Below, piece by piece: positions 8,803 through 16,806 of a DNA stretch of 33,356 nucleotides (position 1 is its first letter; each line of letters starts with the position of its first letter). The stretch spans positions 1 to 33,356 of the forward strand of contig CAZPAX010000002.1 in the NCBI GenBank assembly GCA_964584535.1, written 5' to 3'. The stretch is from an uncultured Eubacteriales bacterium (GTDB taxonomy: Bacteria; Acidobacteriota; Aminicenantia; Aminicenantales; CAZPAX01). Below the pieces are notes generated by a model. It was not told the DNA's origin and searched no databases. It worked only from the letters and a program-made list of their open reading frames with translations. The position numbers and the translations under genes are program-made.

Positions 8803-8939
8803 ATTCAAGGAGGAGATACGATTGATATCGCTCAGAAAACCTTAATGGCTAAGAGTGCAACTCGCTCCATCGGCAGTCAGGCAGGCCGGCAGATTATTCG
8901 TGTGTTTTAGGCTCTCTTCTGGGCGGTGGCCGAAGATAA
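8803..8939 (+). pseudogene. Frameshifted relic of a C-terminal tail, recalled as DUF853/HerA-like ATPase (YjgR family)
   Basis: The frame from 8803 reads ...IAQKTLMAKSATRSIGSQAGRQIIR and then hits TAG at 8908. Restoring one G after CGT (8899-8901) gives ...GRQIIRGVLGSLLGGGRR with TAA at 8937-8939. I recall that tail as conserved in DUF853 proteins. No N-terminal body is present. Confidence 0.4.
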
Positions 8940-8942
8940 ACG

Positions 8943-11285
8943 ATGAGGAAAAGAAAAAGATTTTTTCTTCAAACTTTTCTCTTTTTCTTACTTTTGACTT
9001 TAGTCAAACTCCAGGCTATCTGGGCTTTTGATTTCACTTACAGTGGCCCTGATTGCACCATCATTTACCGCTTTTCCCCTTCAACAGGGACTCTATCCGA
9101 TCTGAGGGTGATTTATAACCAGAGTTTCTCTTTCCTGCCTTCCAATTATGGAGGGATAACTCTTTTTTCCTTGGGAGGATCTCTTCTACGTCCTCGGGAA
9201 GGAAAGCAGGCGACAAAAGTCCTGGAGGAGACAAATTCCGGGGGAATTTATACAGCAAAATTCAGATGGACTTATAATGGGGAAAACTTTGACTTTGCAG
9301 TGAGTCTTCAGCTTTCAGGGAAAACTCTCAAAATAGAATATTATGCGGATCCTTTAAGCCAGAATGTCCTTGAGTTCAGTCTGGAGAGGACAGAGAAAAC
9401 TCCGGATCCGAAGGTTGTGGAAATGCCTTACGGCCACAATGTTCTTTTCACAAATGGAATTTTTATTTCTGCTATTTTAGATAGCGAGCTTTCAAATTCC
9501 TCGACGCTTTCACCCCTTAAAACTCGCTTCTCTTCTTCATCTGCATCTTTTGCTTATGCCTCCACTTACCGCCAGCTCACTGACGGAAGAAGAAACGCTC
9601 TCCAAGAGACGGTTCACCTGACTGTTTCACCTAAGATCGAGGATGTCTTTTTCAGAGTCTTGAATCCTGTCTCACCTTATAGAAAATTTTTGTCGAACAG
9701 AGTGATTCTTGATCTCTGGCGGAAGTCTTTCGCCGACTGCAAAAATGACCTTGAACTTCTTTCCTCATTTGGGATGAGAGACCTTTTTTCAATCATCCAT
9801 GTCTGGCAGAAATATGGTTATGATGATGGGCTTCCCTCCACCTATCCTGCTGGAAATGCCTACGGTGGAGATTTGGCTCTCCGAGAAGTTTCGGATCTTT
9901 GTCTGAGGAATGGATATCTATTAGCCCTCCATACAAACTATGTTGACTTTTATCCGAACTCTGATGTCTGGACTCCATCTGACCTTGCCCTCGAACCTAA
10001 TGGAGCCTGGGTCAAATCTTGGTATAATCTCTGGACTGGCACCCAGAGCTATTTGATGAAACCTTCCCGTGCTCTCTACTATTCTCAGATGTATGAGCCT
10101 TCTATCCATGATTCTTACAGCACGACTGCTTCCTTTCTCGATGTCCATACAGCTATCCTTCCTTCCTTCAAGGTTGATTATGACAGCCGGATTCCGCAGG
10201 CAGGAAAACAGAAAGAGACATTCCGCTATTATAAAGAACTTCTTTCTTATGCCCGCAATCTCCATGGAGGCCCTGTGGCTGGAGAGGGATATGGCTATTC
10301 CACAAGCACCTGGGCAGGATATGTGGATGCCATGGAGGCAGACCCCAGGTCTCTTTTTGATTCCTCGAGATTCAGGAGTGGAGCTCAAGTCCCTATTCTT
10401 GTTGATTATAAGCTGAAGGCACTGCACGGCCTTTTTGTCCCTCATGGAGCAGGCTATCTAGAACGGTTTTATCTTGATAAATTCAGCAATTACGAGGACT
10501 GGGAGCTGGAAAGATACAGGGCCACAGAAATCGCTTTTGCCAATGCTGGATTCATTTCAAACTCTTTTGACAAGGGCATATCCCTCCTTGAAGTCTTGCG
10601 GGACTATTGTTTCTTGAAACATCTTCAGTCTTATTATCTCGATGCAAGCCCCTTGGAGATACTCTACAATGTGCGAGGAGCGATGAAACCTCTTTCAGAG
10701 GCTTTGCAGGAAATTTTGCCAGGCTTATCTTTTAACAGTGTCGACGATGTCTTGCTTGAAGAGCTGGCCATGGTCAAGGTGACTTATGACAATGGCTTTG
10801 TCCTTTATGTCAACCGCTCACAGTCTGTGTCTTGGAGTGTTATTGAAGGAGGGACAAGTTACCTGCTCCCTCCAGGAGGATTTCTGGCTAGAAAAGGGAA
10901 TGAGTTTCTCGCCTATACAGCGCTGGTCAATGGAGTCAAAAGCTATTATCTCTGGCCTGCTGAAGGACCCTGTCTTGGCAACCTAATTGATATCATTTAT
11001 TCTCCTCTGAATTTTCAGGGGAAAAAAGTTATGAATAGGTCTCTTTTTCAGCTGGAATACATCAATATCCTGGCTTGGGAAGCCAATCCCGCCAACAAAA
11101 ATATCGCCAAATACAGGATTTACCAAGTGGAAGAAAAGCAGAGGATTTTCCTGGCAGAAGTCGATTCGAGCATCCTCAGCTATTGGCACCGCAAGGTGGA
11201 GAAGACAAAGCTTTACAATTACGCTTTGGTTGCTGTTAATGATGAAGGTAGAGAAGGACAGTTAGCTTTGCTCGCCGTCCAATGA
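8943..11285 (+). CDS. Secreted protein of unknown function (780 aa) with C-terminal Fn3-like domain; candidate novel glycoside hydrolase
   Basis: Signal peptide MRKRKRFFLQTFLFFLLLTLVKLQA. The central region shows barrel-like strand ends (HVWQKYGYDDG, ALHTNYVDF, ASFLDVHTA, GPVAGEGYG). The C-terminus (YRIYQVEE...YNYALVAVNDEGREG) looks Fn3-like. The gene follows the GH3 gene on the same strand. Confidence 0.8.
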   Translation: MRKRKRFFLQTFLFFLLLTLVKLQAIWAFDFTYSGPDCTIIYRFSPSTGTLSDLRVIYNQSFSFLPSNYGGITLFSLGGSLLRPREGKQATKVLEETNSGGIYTAKFRWTYNGENFDFAVSLQLSGKTLKIEYYADPLSQNVLEFSLERTEKTPDPKVVEMPYGHNVLFTNGIFISAILDSELSNSSTLSPLKTRFSSSSASFAYASTYRQLTDGRRNALQETVHLTVSPKIEDVFFRVLNPVSPYRKFLSNRVILDLWRKSFADCKNDLELLSSFGMRDLFSIIHVWQKYGYDDGLPSTYPAGNAYGGDLALREVSDLCLRNGYLLALHTNYVDFYPNSDVWTPSDLALEPNGAWVKSWYNLWTGTQSYLMKPSRALYYSQMYEPSIHDSYSTTASFLDVHTAILPSFKVDYDSRIPQAGKQKETFRYYKELLSYARNLHGGPVAGEGYGYSTSTWAGYVDAMEADPRSLFDSSRFRSGAQVPILVDYKLKALHGLFVPHGAGYLERFYLDKFSNYEDWELERYRATEIAFANAGFISNSFDKGISLLEVLRDYCFLKHLQSYYLDASPLEILYNVRGAMKPLSEALQEILPGLSFNSVDDVLLEELAMVKVTYDNGFVLYVNRSQSVSWSVIEGGTSYLLPPGGFLARKGNEFLAYTALVNGVKSYYLWPAEGPCLGNLIDIIYSPLNFQGKKVMNRSLFQLEYINILAWEANPANKNIAKYRIYQVEEKQRIFLAEVDSSILSYWHRKVEKTKLYNYALVAVNDEGREGQLALLAVQ

Positions 11286-11329
11286 TTAGTTTTTGAGAAT
11301 AATTTGTAGAGGAGATCGTTATCACTTGT

Positions 11330-12751
11330 GTGAAAGAAAACCCGGAAAAGTCAGTGACACTTCTTTCCAAGCTCTTGGATCTGGTCCGTGAAGAGATTCC
11401 TTCCAGCCGGGCCTTATTTCTGGTCATCAATAGAAAGAATGAAGTTGTTTTTAAGAAAGCTTGGAAGATGAATGAGGCAGAGAATGATGGTCTCAGTTCT
11501 ACCGTAATTAGAAGAGCCCTGGAGAAAAAGCACCCAATCCTCATCTCTAACCTCGAAGCTGATCCCTGCTTCGGTCATGACAAGAGTATTTTCAGGAAGG
11601 ACTGGGGGAGTATCCTTTGTCTTCCTCTCATCATCGAGAACAAGCCCGTTGCTGCTATTTATCTTGACCGGAAAACTGGCCTTGATCCGTTCTCGACCCA
11701 AAATCTAGAGCTCTTAACAGTCCTTTCCAGACCTATTCACTTCATTTTGGGAAATAATTTTGAGTTCAAAGATTTGAAGGAAGAGGACCCTGCTGGTGTA
11801 AAAGATTTTCTCATTGGACAGAGCAAAGCTCTTCGTCGGATTCGGAATCTCGTCGAAAGGGTGAAAGATAGCAGTGCTCCGGTGCTTATTTGTGGAGAGA
11901 GCGGCACAGGAAAGGAACTGATTGCCAGAGCCATTCATCACAGAGGAGCAAGACGTAAAGGTCAATTTGTGGCTGTCAATTGTGGAGCTATACCAGACCA
12001 TCTCCTGGAGAGTGAATTGTTCGGGCATGTCAAAGGAGCATTTACTGGCGCTTTAAGAGATAAAGCCGGACTAATTGAAGAGGCAAGCGGAGGAACATTT
12101 TTCCTGGATGAGATAGGAGATCTCACTCTGCAGCTTCAGGCGAAGCTTCTTCGACTTATCCAGGAAAAGGAGATCAGAAGGGTAGGGGAGAATCGGACTC
12201 GCTCTGTAGATGTCCGGTTCATCAGCGCTACAAACAAAGATATTGAGAAAGAGACTGAGCAAAAAAATTTTCGAGAAGACCTCTATTACCGCCTCAGAAT
12301 CGTCACCATTGAGATTCCTCCTTTAAGGGAAAGGAAAGAGGATCTCATCCTTCTCCTCGACTATTTTGTGGACAACTACTGCCAGGAGATGAAAAGGGAA
12401 AGAGCTTATTTTTCGCCGCGGTGCCTGGAGCTTCTGATAAATTATTCCTGGCCAGGAAATGTCAGAGAGCTCCAGAATGAGATCCAGAGATGTCTTATTT
12501 TTTCTGGAGAAGACAATTTTATAAGGGAAGAATACCTCTCTCCTAAAATAAATCCGCAGGGAGAAACATCACAAAACTCATCCTTTAGTTACTCTGCGGC
12601 AAAAGCGGAATTTGAAAGCCGTTTTTTGCGTGAAGCTCTCCATCGCTGTGATTATAATAAATCGAAAACAGCAGAGGAGATTGGCCTTAGCAGGCAGGGG
12701 CTATTCAAATTAATGAAAAAACATGGAATTGAAGCTAAAAGGAAGAGCTGA
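11330..12751 (+). CDS. Sigma-54-dependent transcriptional activator (GAF sensor + AAA+ + Fis-type HTH)
   Basis: GTG start. N-terminal GAF-like domain (...[21 protein letters not shown]). Walker A is GESGTGKE, the GAFTGA loop is intact ([10 protein letters not shown]), and Walker B is FFLDEIGD. The C-terminal HTH is [24 protein letters not shown]. There is no receiver domain. Confidence 0.9.
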   Translation: MKENPEKSVTLLSKLLDLVREEIPSSRALFLVINRKNEVVFKKAWKMNEAENDGLSSTVIRRALEKKHPILISNLEADPCFGHDKSIFRKDWGSILCLPLIIENKPVAAIYLDRKTGLDPFSTQNLELLTVLSRPIHFILGNNFEFKDLKEEDPAGVKDFLIGQSKALRRIRNLVERVKDSSAPVLICGESGTGKELIARAIHHRGARRKGQFVAVNCGAIPDHLLESELFGHVKGAFTGALRDKAGLIEEASGGTFFLDEIGDLTLQLQAKLLRLIQEKEIRRVGENRTRSVDVRFISATNKDIEKETEQKNFREDLYYRLRIVTIEIPPLRERKEDLILLLDYFVDNYCQEMKRERAYFSPRCLELLINYSWPGNVRELQNEIQRCLIFSGEDNFIREEYLSPKINPQGETSQNSSFSYSAAKAEFESRFLREALHRCDYNKSKTAEEIGLSRQGLFKLMKKHGIEAKRKS

Positions 12752-12793
12752 TGATTTGCCTGGCTTGAGGTTTTGTGGTAGATTCAAAACAGG

Positions 12794-13072
12794 ATGGAAA
12801 AGAAAAAAGAAAAGGGAAATATTTTTGAGATAGTCTGTCCCCACTGTGCATCTGTGCTCTGGGTCGATGCTCTGAGGGAGGAAGTGATTCAGTCAGAGAA
12901 AAGAGGGGCGAAGAAAAAAGAATCTCTGGATGAGCTTCTCTTGAAGGAAAAAAAGAGGACAGAGGAATTTGAGCGAAAGTTTGAGGCAACAGCAGAGCTT
13001 GAGAAAAAGAAGCTGGAGAAAGCGAAGGAGAAATTTAGGAAAGCCCTCTCTGACCTGGATAAAGGAGATTAA
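12794..13072 (+). CDS. Small Lys/Glu-rich protein with a single CxxC knuckle and a predicted coiled-coil tail
   Basis: 92 aa: MEKKKEKGNIFEIVCPHCASVLWVD followed by a highly charged helical region. It starts 42 nt after the activator gene on the same strand. I recognise no family. Confidence 0.55.
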   Translation: MEKKKEKGNIFEIVCPHCASVLWVDALREEVIQSEKRGAKKKESLDELLLKEKKRTEEFERKFEATAELEKKKLEKAKEKFRKALSDLDKGD

Positions 13073-13084
13073 TCTCTCTCCTCA

Positions 13085-14509
13085 TCAGCTTCCAATCTGG
13101 GTCTCATCCTCTCTAATTTTGGGAGCCATAGTGAATTTTGTGAAGCCAAAAATAGCCAGGATAATCACTGAGACATAATTCATGATCGCCCAGGGAAGAT
13201 AAGAGAAAGTCGAAACCTGGATGGTTCCTGTGATGTAGACTCCAGCCATACTCCAGGGGATAAGAGGGACAATGATTCCGCCGCTTTCATCAATTATCCG
13301 GGAGAGATTTTTTGCGGCCAATTCTTTTTTCTTATAGATAGGAGAAAGAAGCTCTCCTGGAATGATCATCGACAGGTAGGAGCTTCCTGTCACCATGGCT
13401 GAGACAATGGCCGAGACAATGGTTGTCAGGACAATGCTCCAGACTTTGTTGGCAAATTTCATCACTCGGTCGAGGATGACACCCAGAAGTCCTGTCCGCT
13501 GCATAATGCCACCGAAGCTGAAAGCTGTAAAAGCGACAAGTTGCGTTTCCATCATGCTCATCATGCCACCCCGGGAAATGAGCCTGTCCACAATTTCAAC
13601 TCCTGTCTGGGCTGGATAGCCGCTATTCATGGCCGTGGCCACAGTTGTCACCGAAGCTTTCTGGAAGATGACAGCCAGCGCTCCTGCCACAAAAGAGGAA
13701 AGGAGCATGGCCGGGATGGTTGGCTTTTTGGTAAAGGCAAAATAAAAAATGATGACCATGGGAAGAAGAAGGAGAATATTGAAGCGAAAACTTAGCTTCA
13801 ACGTTTTCAGGATAAGGGTCATGGTTTCTGATTCGATCGTCTTGCCCTCGTAGCCAAGGCCGACAAGAAAATAGATGAATAATCCCACCAGCCAGGCAGG
13901 AACAGCTGACCAGAGCATGTGCTTGATGTGGTCAAAAAGGTTGGAGCCGGCGATCGCCACGGCAAGATTAGGGATATCGGAAAGGGGAGACATTTTATCC
14001 CCAAAGTAAGCGCCAGCGACAATCGCTCCTGCTGCTGGACCAAGGGGGATACCAAGTCCCATGGCAATTCCAATAAAAGCCACTCCTAGGGTGCCGATTG
14101 TTCCCCAGGATGTTCCTGTGGCTAAAGAGGTGATGCTGCAGACAACACAGGCAGTTAAAAGAAAGAACTTGGGGGAGATGAGTTTCAGTCCATAATAGAT
14201 GACCATGGGAATCGTGCCGCAGGCAATCCAGGATCCAATCAGAATTCCCACACTGAGCATGATCAGAATAGCTGGCATAGCTTTGTGGATACTTTCAACA
14301 ATCCCTCTCTCCATATCTTTCCATTGAAAACGTAAAATGAGGCCCACACAAGCTGTGATAAAGGCAGCAGCGACAAGAAGAACTTGGGGCCGTATCCTGT
14401 AGATGCCATAGCCCACTCCCAGAAGAAGGGCCATGGCAATAATGGGGATGAGGGCGACAGCAAGGCCTGGTTTTCTTGGAGTTTTCTCTTTTTTTATTTT
14501 CTCTTCCAT
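13085..14509 (-). CDS. nhaC: Na+/H+ antiporter, NhaC family
   Basis: Polytopic membrane protein of about 474 aa with an NhaC-like organisation. Start placed at MEEKIKKEKTPRK (ATG 14509) with a purine-rich RBS, 13 nt after the iadA stop. The track's longer ORF overlaps iadA. Confidence 0.75.
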   Translation of the reverse strand: MEEKIKKEKTPRKPGLAVALIPIIAMALLLGVGYGIYRIRPQVLLVAAAFITACVGLILRFQWKDMERGIVESIHKAMPAILIMLSVGILIGSWIACGTIPMVIYYGLKLISPKFFLLTACVVCSITSLATGTSWGTIGTLGVAFIGIAMGLGIPLGPAAGAIVAGAYFGDKMSPLSDIPNLAVAIAGSNLFDHIKHMLWSAVPAWLVGLFIYFLVGLGYEGKTIESETMTLILKTLKLSFRFNILLLLPMVIIFYFAFTKKPTIPAMLLSSFVAGALAVIFQKASVTTVATAMNSGYPAQTGVEIVDRLISRGGMMSMMETQLVAFTAFSFGGIMQRTGLLGVILDRVMKFANKVWSIVLTTIVSAIVSAMVTGSSYLSMIIPGELLSPIYKKKELAAKNLSRIIDESGGIIVPLIPWSMAGVYITGTIQVSTFSYLPWAIMNYVSVIILAIFGFTKFTMAPKIREDETQIGS

Positions 14510-14522
14510 CTTTCCTTTCCTT

Positions 14523-15725
14523 TTATCTTGAACTAAAAGTCCCTTTGGCCATGAGCTTCCCATCAGCCATCATCTTCTGTCCCATGGCAAAGGAGTCCTT
14601 CAACTCGTAGTCTTTATCGAGCAAGATGAGGTCAGCATCTTTTCCCACTTTGATTTCTCCTTTTTGACTGAGTTTGTAAAAGAAAGCGGCGTTTGTCGAA
14701 AAGAGTCTTGTGGCATTTTTCAGGTCAAGAATATTTTTTTTGACAAGCTGCCGGAAGTTTCGAAAAAGATTTTTTTGGGTGGCAATGGTCAGGCCGATGA
14801 GCTTTCCCTTTTTGTCAAAAACAGGAAGACTCCCGTTGCTATCCGAACTGATTGTGACATGGTCAAGGGGAACTCCTCTTTCCAGGAAAAGGCGCACGGC
14901 TTTTTCAATGCTGAATTCGCCATTGCCTTCAGATTCGGCATCAATTCCAGCAGTCAAATCGATGCTGCCACCCTGGAGGACAAACTCAATCGCCTCTTCA
15001 AGAAGGGCTCGATTGCGGTTAACATGAGTTGGGATGACCTGGGTGGCCGGGATTTCTGTTTCTTTGATCAGCCTGAAGAGCATTTCCAGCCGCCTTTCCC
15101 CATCCCCGAGGTGGAGATGGAGAACGCCAGCTTTTCCGCCAAGCATTCCTCCTACCCGGCACTCTGAGGCGAGACGGGAGATTTCTTCAAATGTCGGCTG
15201 GGAGGAGCGATGGTCGGAGATAGCTATTTCTCCTGCTCCAATGACTTTTTCGATGAGGACAAGGTCAGAGCGGACGCTTCCTGTAATTGTCTTGACCGGA
15301 ATCTCGTAGGAGCCAGAAAAGATATAGGTTGTGATTCCTTCTATTTCCAGGGCCCTGGCCTTAGCCAGGAGGGATTCCATGTGCCTGGTTACTGCATCAG
15401 TTCCCAGGCAGCCGATGAGGGTCGTGACTCCACTGGAGATAATCTCTTCCACAGTGATCTCAGGTGCCCTTGTCGCTGGCCCTCCCTCTCCTCCTCCGCC
15501 CAGAATATGGACATGAGGGTCAATTAGGCCGGGAATGACAATCTTTTCTGAAGCATGCAGAATTTCGACATCAATTCCTTTGATTGCGATTTCTCCAGGC
15601 TCGGCAATGGCCCCAATTTTGTCCCCCAGGAGGAGAATATCTTTTTTGCCAAGAGGCTCTGGTGCAAAGACTGAACCCTGGCTGATGAGAGTAATCAATT
15701 TTTCCTCCTTTTTAAAACAATTCAT
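14523..15725 (-). CDS. iadA: Isoaspartyl dipeptidase (beta-aspartyl peptidase), amidohydrolase superfamily
   Basis: GLIDPHVHILGGGGEGGPATRAPE is the characteristic IadA N-terminal metal-binding segment. Length is 400 aa. No Shine-Dalgarno sequence precedes the ATG. Confidence 0.85.
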   Translation of the reverse strand: MNCFKKEEKLITLISQGSVFAPEPLGKKDILLLGDKIGAIAEPGEIAIKGIDVEILHASEKIVIPGLIDPHVHILGGGGEGGPATRAPEITVEEIISSGVTTLIGCLGTDAVTRHMESLLAKARALEIEGITTYIFSGSYEIPVKTITGSVRSDLVLIEKVIGAGEIAISDHRSSQPTFEEISRLASECRVGGMLGGKAGVLHLHLGDGERRLEMLFRLIKETEIPATQVIPTHVNRNRALLEEAIEFVLQGGSIDLTAGIDAESEGNGEFSIEKAVRLFLERGVPLDHVTISSDSNGSLPVFDKKGKLIGLTIATQKNLFRNFRQLVKKNILDLKNATRLFSTNAAFFYKLSQKGEIKVGKDADLILLDKDYELKDSFAMGQKMMADGKLMAKGTFSSR

Positions 15726-15730
15726 TGGCT

Positions 15731-15759
15731 AAATTATCACTTCTTTTTTTCATTTACAA
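15731..15759 (-). promoter_or_regulatory. Candidate extended -10 promoter for iadA (TTGTAA-N17-TGnTAATTT), geometry compatible with a leaderless mRNA
   Basis: On the minus strand, TTGTAA is at 15759-15754, the 17-nt spacer ends in TGA, and TAATTT is at 15736-15731. Only 5 nt separate the -10 box from ATG 15725, and there is no SD. Confidence 0.35.
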
Positions 15760-15766
15760 GATTTTT

Positions 15767-15988
15767 CGGGGTCAGACTTTTCTTTTTTTTATTATTTACT
15801 GTAAAAAGGATTTCGGGGTCAGACATCTGGGATAAATTTTGGGGTCAGACATTGCCATGGAGAGGAGAACAGTGCATGCCCATGATTTGCTCTCACCCCT
15901 ATGATAATGTCTGACCCCGATTCCCCAGATGTCTGACCCCAACTCCAAGAACCTCAGTAAATAATAAAACTTTTAAAAGTCTGACCCC
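15767..15988. mobile_element. MITE-like non-coding palindromic element with six GGGGTCAGAC copies, flanked by 9-bp direct repeats AAGATTTTT
   Basis: GGGGTCAGAC starts at 15768, 15815 and 15841. Its complement GTCTGACCCC starts at 15909, 15931 and 15979. Perfect inverted blocks are 15768-15781/15975-15988, 15787-15801/15955-15969, 15815-15831/15924-15940 and 15841-15853/15906-15918. A central GCATGC lies at 15874-15879. AAGATTTTT is directly repeated at 15758-15766 and 15989-15997. Confidence 0.5.
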
Positions 15989-15994
15989 AAGATT

Positions 15995-16023
15995 TTTACA
16001 TTTTTTTTTAATTTGGCTAAAAT
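15995..16023 (+). promoter_or_regulatory. Candidate promoter for the acyltransferase gene (TTTACA-N17-TAAAAT)
   Basis: TTTACA at 15995-16000, a 17-nt spacer containing a T9 run, and TAAAAT at 16018-16023. The -10 box ends 1 nt before ATG 16025 and 7 nt before ATG 16031. No SD is present. Confidence 0.35.
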
Positions 16024-16024
16024 A

Positions 16025-16789
16025 ATGAAGATGCCGACCTTTGAAGAAGAATTGAAAAGACTCGAGCCTGCCATAAAAGGATTGTGCAATTTTGCCCTCC
16101 TCGGAAAAAAAATCGACGTCAAAGGAAAGGAAAATTTTATCAAAGAGGGGCCCAACATTATTATTGGCAATCATATCGGAAGTTTCAAAGATGTTGCCAC
16201 CTTGCTCAAGATCGTCCCTCGGCCGATTTTCTTTATGTCCAATAAAATGATCTTCAACAAAGATGAGTTCGGTTTTCTCATCCGCAAACATCTTCAGAGG
16301 CACCTGAAGAATTTTGGACTCTTCCTCAATCTCTTGCTCAATCCTTTTAAATCTCTCTTTGTCCACTACATCTCCTCCAATCTGGCCAAAGTTGGGACTA
16401 TTCCTGTAGACCTGTATCAGACAAAAAAGGAAAATATAGAAAAATGCCAGGAATATCTCAAGAATAAGAGAGCCATCATTGCCCTTCAGGGAAGAGGCCG
16501 GGTCCATAAAAAAGATCCCCACCCTTATGTGAGATCATTCAAGAAAGGCACTTCCATCATCGCTTACAATTTGTACGAGATGGAAGGAATGGTTGTTCCC
16601 GTTACCCCTCTGGCCTTCTATGGCACGCAGATTCCTTTTCTGGTTCCTGGAAGAATCAGGGTTAATGTCGGAGGCCCGATGTTTATCTCGGATTATCTAG
16701 GAGACGAGTTATCGGAAACCGTGGAGAGATTCAAGAGTGCCTTGGAGACTAGAGTCAAAAGCCTTTTCTTTGAGTTTCTCAAACGCTAG
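16025..16789 (+). CDS. Lysophospholipid (1-acyl-sn-glycerol-3-phosphate) acyltransferase family protein
   Basis: The GNHIGSFKD block resembles the acyltransferase NHxxxxD motif but has one extra residue. Size and downstream blocks are PlsC-like. The start is ambiguous: ATG 16025 or ATG 16031. The track's TTG at 16013 lies inside the putative promoter. Confidence 0.7.
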   Translation: MKMPTFEEELKRLEPAIKGLCNFALLGKKIDVKGKENFIKEGPNIIIGNHIGSFKDVATLLKIVPRPIFFMSNKMIFNKDEFGFLIRKHLQRHLKNFGLFLNLLLNPFKSLFVHYISSNLAKVGTIPVDLYQTKKENIEKCQEYLKNKRAIIALQGRGRVHKKDPHPYVRSFKKGTSIIAYNLYEMEGMVVPVTPLAFYGTQIPFLVPGRIRVNVGGPMFISDYLGDELSETVERFKSALETRVKSLFFEFLKR

Positions 16790-16806
16790 AAAGCAAAGAC
16801 TCCCTT

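Noticed and set aside
9921-10445. Antisense ORFs inside larger genes: 9921..10445, 14664..15167, 15210..15527, 23134..23535, 31655..32134, 29272..29631, 19350..19730, 20115..20477
   Set aside because: Each is fully embedded in, or overlaps, a longer ORF with clear family features or signal peptides. None has an SD or a recognisable motif.
12761-12776. Sigma-54 promoter-like TGGCTTGAGGTTTTGT upstream of the small CxxC gene
   Set aside because: The -24 GG is present, but the position of the invariant -12 GC reads TG. That is too weak to call without a genome-wide model.
16001-16009. T9 homopolymer in the acyltransferase promoter spacer as a phase-variation tract, and A/T9 runs inside ispH (26941, 27131) and at 33303-33311
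   Set aside because: The runs are short, the coding ones simply encode Lys-rich segments, and there is no population data. This is speculation only.
15899-16522. 207-aa minus-strand ORF spanning the right arm of the palindrome and the 5' half of the acyltransferase gene
   Set aside because: It overlaps a plus-strand gene that has recognisable family motifs. It has no SD and no recognisable domain, and it starts inside the repeat element. I treat it as an antisense artefact.
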